A DNA stretch of 64,000 nt, from assembly GCA_965248815.1 (NCBI GenBank), contig CBDFKK010000005.1:119835-183834 (forward strand), read 5' to 3'. Made by a program: the position numbers and the translations under genes. The notes beneath the pieces were generated by a model. It worked only from the letters and a program-made list of their open reading frames with translations, ran no database searches and had not been told where the DNA came from. The stretch is from Alphaproteobacteria bacterium (GTDB lineage: Bacteria; Pseudomonadota; Alphaproteobacteria; SMXP01). Of this stretch, positions 60,622 through 64,000 are shown piece after piece (within the stretch, counting starts at the first letter, position 1; each line of letters opens with the position of its first letter).

Positions 60622-62007
60622 CTAGTCCGCCGCAGCTACTGGTTCTCGCATCGTGACGAGCTCTTCGGAGGCGGTCGGATGCACCGCGAAAGTCGCGTCG
60701 AACTGGGCTTTCGTGGCCCCCATCGTGACTGGAATTGCTGCCAACTGGATCATTTCGCCAGAATCTGGACCAATCAGGTGAACGCCTGCCACGCGGTCCG
60801 TTGCCGCGTCCACTACAAGCTTCATGTACGTTTTTTCGGTTTTTCCCGTCAGCGTGTGTTTGAGCGGCGTGAAGCTCGTCTTGAAGATCTCGATTGGGCC
60901 AAGCTCGTCCCGTGCCTCTGCTTCGGTCAAGCCCACCGTCCCCAATTCCGGCTGGCTAAATACAGCAGTCGGAATGCACCGGTGATGCATCGGTGTTGGC
61001 GTATGGTCGAATACCGTGGCCGCAAATGAAGCACCTTCACGAATAGCTACGGGGGTCAGCTGCGCGCGGTTTGTGACATCACCTACGGCATAGATGTTCG
61101 GCACAGACGTACGCGAAAATTCGTCAACTTTGATAGCACCCTGGCTGTCAAGTTCGACGCCCAATTGTTCAAGGCCAAGACCGGCTACATTTGGATTGCG
61201 GCCAATGGCAAACATGACGGCGCCGGTGTCGATAGTTCGTCCGTCTGAAAGCGTGACAGCTAGAGATGTGGCACCATCTTCAGCCTGGGTCTTTTTGACC
61301 TCGGTCATGATATTTTCGGTGATGATCGTCACACCCTTGCGCTCCATCTCATGATGAAGCGCTGGACCCAAGTCTTCGTCGAAGCCGCGCAAGATTTCAT
61401 TTCCGCGATAGAGCAAGGTGGTCTCAACGCCCAGACCGTTAAATATCCCAGCGAACTCGACCGCGATGTAACCGCCGCCTGCAATGAGTATGCTCTTGGG
61501 TAATTCCTTCAAATGAAACGCTTCATTTGACGTAATCGTAAGTTCGACACCGGGCAATTTCTCGTCGCGAGCGGGCCATGCACCGGTTGCGATAAGAATC
61601 GTCTTTGCAGTTAGCTTCTTGCCGGAAGTTTCCAATTGAATAGTATTTGGGCCGGCAACGACCGCGCGCTCTTCAAAAATTTCTACGCCGACTTTGTTCA
61701 AGTTTCGAATGTAGATTTGATTGAGACGATCGATTTCCTTGTCTTTATTGACGACAAGAGTCTGCCAAGAGAATTTTGTATCACCAACCTCCCAGCCGTA
61801 GGCTGCAGCATCTTCAAAATCCTCTTGGAAATGGCTGGCGTAAACGAAGAGCTTCTTTGGAATGCAGCCTCTGATAACGCAGGTGCCGCCAACTCGGTAT
61901 TCCTCTGCAATGCCGACCTTGGCGCCGTATTGAGCTGCCATGCGGCTCGCGCGCACGCCTCCAGAGCCTGCACCAATTGTAAAAAGATCATAGTCGTATT
62001 GCGCCAT
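60622..62007 (-). CDS. gor: Glutathione-disulfide reductase
   Basis: GAGSGG, GGTCVIRGCIPKK redox disulfide, GGGYIAVEFAG, HPTASEE. Confidence 0.96.
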   Translation of the reverse strand: MAQYDYDLFTIGAGSGGVRASRMAAQYGAKVGIAEEYRVGGTCVIRGCIPKKLFVYASHFQEDFEDAAAYGWEVGDTKFSWQTLVVNKDKEIDRLNQIYIRNLNKVGVEIFEERAVVAGPNTIQLETSGKKLTAKTILIATGAWPARDEKLPGVELTITSNEAFHLKELPKSILIAGGGYIAVEFAGIFNGLGVETTLLYRGNEILRGFDEDLGPALHHEMERKGVTIITENIMTEVKKTQAEDGATSLAVTLSDGRTIDTGAVMFAIGRNPNVAGLGLEQLGVELDSQGAIKVDEFSRTSVPNIYAVGDVTNRAQLTPVAIREGASFAATVFDHTPTPMHHRCIPTAVFSQPELGTVGLTEAEARDELGPIEIFKTSFTPLKHTLTGKTEKTYMKLVVDAATDRVAGVHLIGPDSGEMIQLAAIPVTMGATKAQFDATFAVHPTASEELVTMREPVAAAD

Positions 62008-62068
62008 CGCATGCGCCTTTATTCGTGGCTGCAAAAGTGTAGCCAGGTGAATTGCTTAGAGTGATCTA

Positions 62069-62773
62069 CTACGACCGCGCTTCTATAATTTCGACACGGT
62101 CTTCGCGGCCGACAATAACGCTCGACGCCATGTCGATGAAAAGACCATGCTCAACAACGCCAGGAACGGTACTAAGGCGCACTGCCAATTTTTTGGGGTC
62201 AATCAAACTGGAACATGTGCAATCCAGTATGTAATTGCCGCCGTCGCTAATGAATGGATCACCGCTCGCATGTTTGCGCAAGGAAAGGTCCTGGCTTGAG
62301 CATCCTTCATCGATCAGCACTCGTCTTATTTTCGCGGTTGTTACTGAAGTTCCAAACTGCACGATTTCAATCGGCAAAGGAAACCCACCCAGGAATTCGG
62401 CAAGTTTGCTTTGGTCGATAATCACAATCATGCGGTCGGAAGCTGCTGCTACAATTTTTTCGCGAAGCAATGCGCCGCCACCGCCTTTTATCAGGCACAA
62501 ATTAGGATCGACCTCATCGGCGCCATCGACAGTGACGTCAATGCCTCGGACATCATCGATATCGACGACCGTGATACCGCATTCCTTGGCCAGCTCAGCG
62601 GTTTGACTTGACGTGGGCACGGCTGACACCGATAGACCGTCGGCGACGCGACTCCCCAGACCTCTAATAAAATGGTCGGCGGTCGAGCCGGTTCCCATGC
62701 CGACCACCATGCCATCCTCGATGAAACCCAACGCTCGTTCCGCTGCTTTTAGTTTTTGTTCGTCCGCGCTCAT
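62069..62773 (-). CDS. rpiA: Ribose-5-phosphate isomerase A
   Basis: GMGTGST, DGADEVD, IKGGGGALLREK, PGVVEHGLF; the ATG at 62773 overlaps the gabD stop. Confidence 0.97.
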   Translation of the reverse strand: MSADEQKLKAAERALGFIEDGMVVGMGTGSTADHFIRGLGSRVADGLSVSAVPTSSQTAELAKECGITVVDIDDVRGIDVTVDGADEVDPNLCLIKGGGGALLREKIVAAASDRMIVIIDQSKLAEFLGGFPLPIEIVQFGTSVTTAKIRRVLIDEGCSSQDLSLRKHASGDPFISDGGNYILDCTCSSLIDPKKLAVRLSTVPGVVEHGLFIDMASSVIVGREDRVEIIEARS

Positions 62774-64000
62774 TGAATTCCACCCAAGCAAATATATTTA
62801 AGTTCCATGAAATCTTCGATTCCGTGCCGCGAGCCTTCTCGTCCGATACCGGATTCTTTTACGCCGCCAAACGGTGCCACTTCTGTGGAAATAATTCCCG
62901 TATTGATGCCAACAATGCCGTACTCCAATTGCTCCGCTACGCGCCAGATGCGTCCAATATCGCGTGCGTAGAAGTACGAAGCGAGTCCAAATTCCGTATC
63001 GTTTGCCATTGCGACGACATCTTCGTCCCGGGAAAATCGGAAGAGCGGCGCAAGCGGACCAAACGTCTCGTCGCGCGCAACCAACATGTCTTGGGTTACG
63101 CCCGACAAAATCGTGGGCTCGAAGAAGGTACCCCCCAAAGCATGCCGACCTCCTCCAATCATGACGTCGGCGCCCTTGGCCGAAGCGTCGGCTATATGTT
63201 CTTCGACTTTGGTAACTGCCGCGACATCAATAAGCGGGCCCTGTTCGACACCATCCTCCATGCCATCGCCAACTTTTAAAGCGGCAACAGCCGTCGCCAG
63301 CTTATCCGCAAAGGCATCGTAAACTTTGTCCTGAACATAGATTCGATTGGCGCAAACGCATGTCTGTCCGGTATTCCGAAATTTTGAAGCGATGGCGCCT
63401 TCAATCGCGGCGTCGAGATCGGCATCATCAAACACGATAAACGGTGCATTTCCGCCAAGCTCCATTGAAACTTTTTTTACCGTGGCTGCGGATTGCGCGA
63501 TGAGTACTTTTCCCACCTCCGTCGATCCAGTAAATGTCAGCTTGCGGACGATGGGATTGGCTGTCAGCTCGCCGCCTATCTCACTGGCAGAGCCCGTAAT
63601 GACATTTACGACGCCTTTGGGAATTCCGGCGCGCTCAGCAAGCACTGCCAATGCCAGCGCAGACAAAGGCGTTTGGCTGGCCGGTTTGATCACGACCGTG
63701 CAACCCGCTGCAAGCGCGGGGGCAACTTTGCGCGTGATCATTGCTGCCGGAAAATTCCAAGGAGTAATAGCGGCTACGACGCCGATGGGCTGTTTGATCA
63801 CTACGATCCGCTTGTCAGCTTGATGTTGAGGAATGGTCTCCCCGTAAGTCCGCTTGGCCTCTTCTGCAAACCATTCGACGAAGGCAGCGGCATAGGCAAC
63901 TTCGCCGCGGGCTTCCGTAATAGATTTGCCCTGCTCGGCCGTCATGATGCGGGCCAAATCTTCCTGATGCTCCATCATCAAGTCGAACCAACGACGCATC
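62770..64000 (-). CDS. gabD: NAD(P)-dependent succinate-semialdehyde dehydrogenase, 5' end outside the window
   Basis: ITPWNFP, FTGSTEVG, SMELGGNAP, FRNTGQTCVC, EETFGP-like DETFGP, PFGGVKESG. Confidence 0.9.
   Translation of the reverse strand, partial: MRRWFDLMMEHQEDLARIMTAEQGKSITEARGEVAYAAAFVEWFAEEAKRTYGETIPQHQADKRIVVIKQPIGVVAAITPWNFPAAMITRKVAPALAAGCTVVIKPASQTPLSALALAVLAERAGIPKGVVNVITGSASEIGGELTANPIVRKLTFTGSTEVGKVLIAQSAATVKKVSMELGGNAPFIVFDDADLDAAIEGAIASKFRNTGQTCVCANRIYVQDKVYDAFADKLATAVAALKVGDGMEDGVEQGPLIDVAAVTKVEEHIADASAKGADVMIGGGRHALGGTFFEPTILSGVTQDMLVARDETFGPLAPLFRFSRDEDVVAMANDTEFGLASYFYARDIGRIWRVAEQLEYGIVGINTGIISTEVAPFGGVKESGIGREGSRHGIEDFMELKYICLGGIQ

Overview
This is alphaproteobacterial core chromosome (inferred from gene content and synteny), almost all housekeeping. 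In order: pepA (partial), lptFGD-surA-pdxA-rsmA, gmk-yicC-mltG, fabDG-acpP-fabF, rpsF-rpsR-DUF2232-rplI, dnaB-alr-mlaEF-radA-cvpA-purF, der-bamB, panB, guaBA, rlmE-ppx, a PadR-MFP-RND efflux operon, psd-pssA, an Atm1-type ABC transporter, LysM and LOG genes, nadE, a gnnA/gnnB-like sugar oxidoreductase/aminotransferase pair, class II DAHP synthase, and gor-rpiA-gabD (partial). I found no rRNA, tRNA, CRISPR array or prophage. Five things stand out. (1) Two near-identical 1286-bp IS3-family copies lie in direct orientation, each with its own 3-bp target duplication, and bracket the gnnAB-like pair; both sit next to candidate promoters. (2) Three broken genes (yicC frameshift, cvpA in-frame TAG, RND permease frameshift) are all in generally dispensable genes, while the essential genes appear intact. 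(3) A tandem pair of quasi-palindromic 20-bp boxes overlaps the padR promoter. (4) A perfect DnaA box lies upstream of dnaB. (5) There is a probably real, unannotated 71-aa protein. I did not find a clearly new multi-gene system. No database searches were run, so family calls rest on recognised motifs and synteny.
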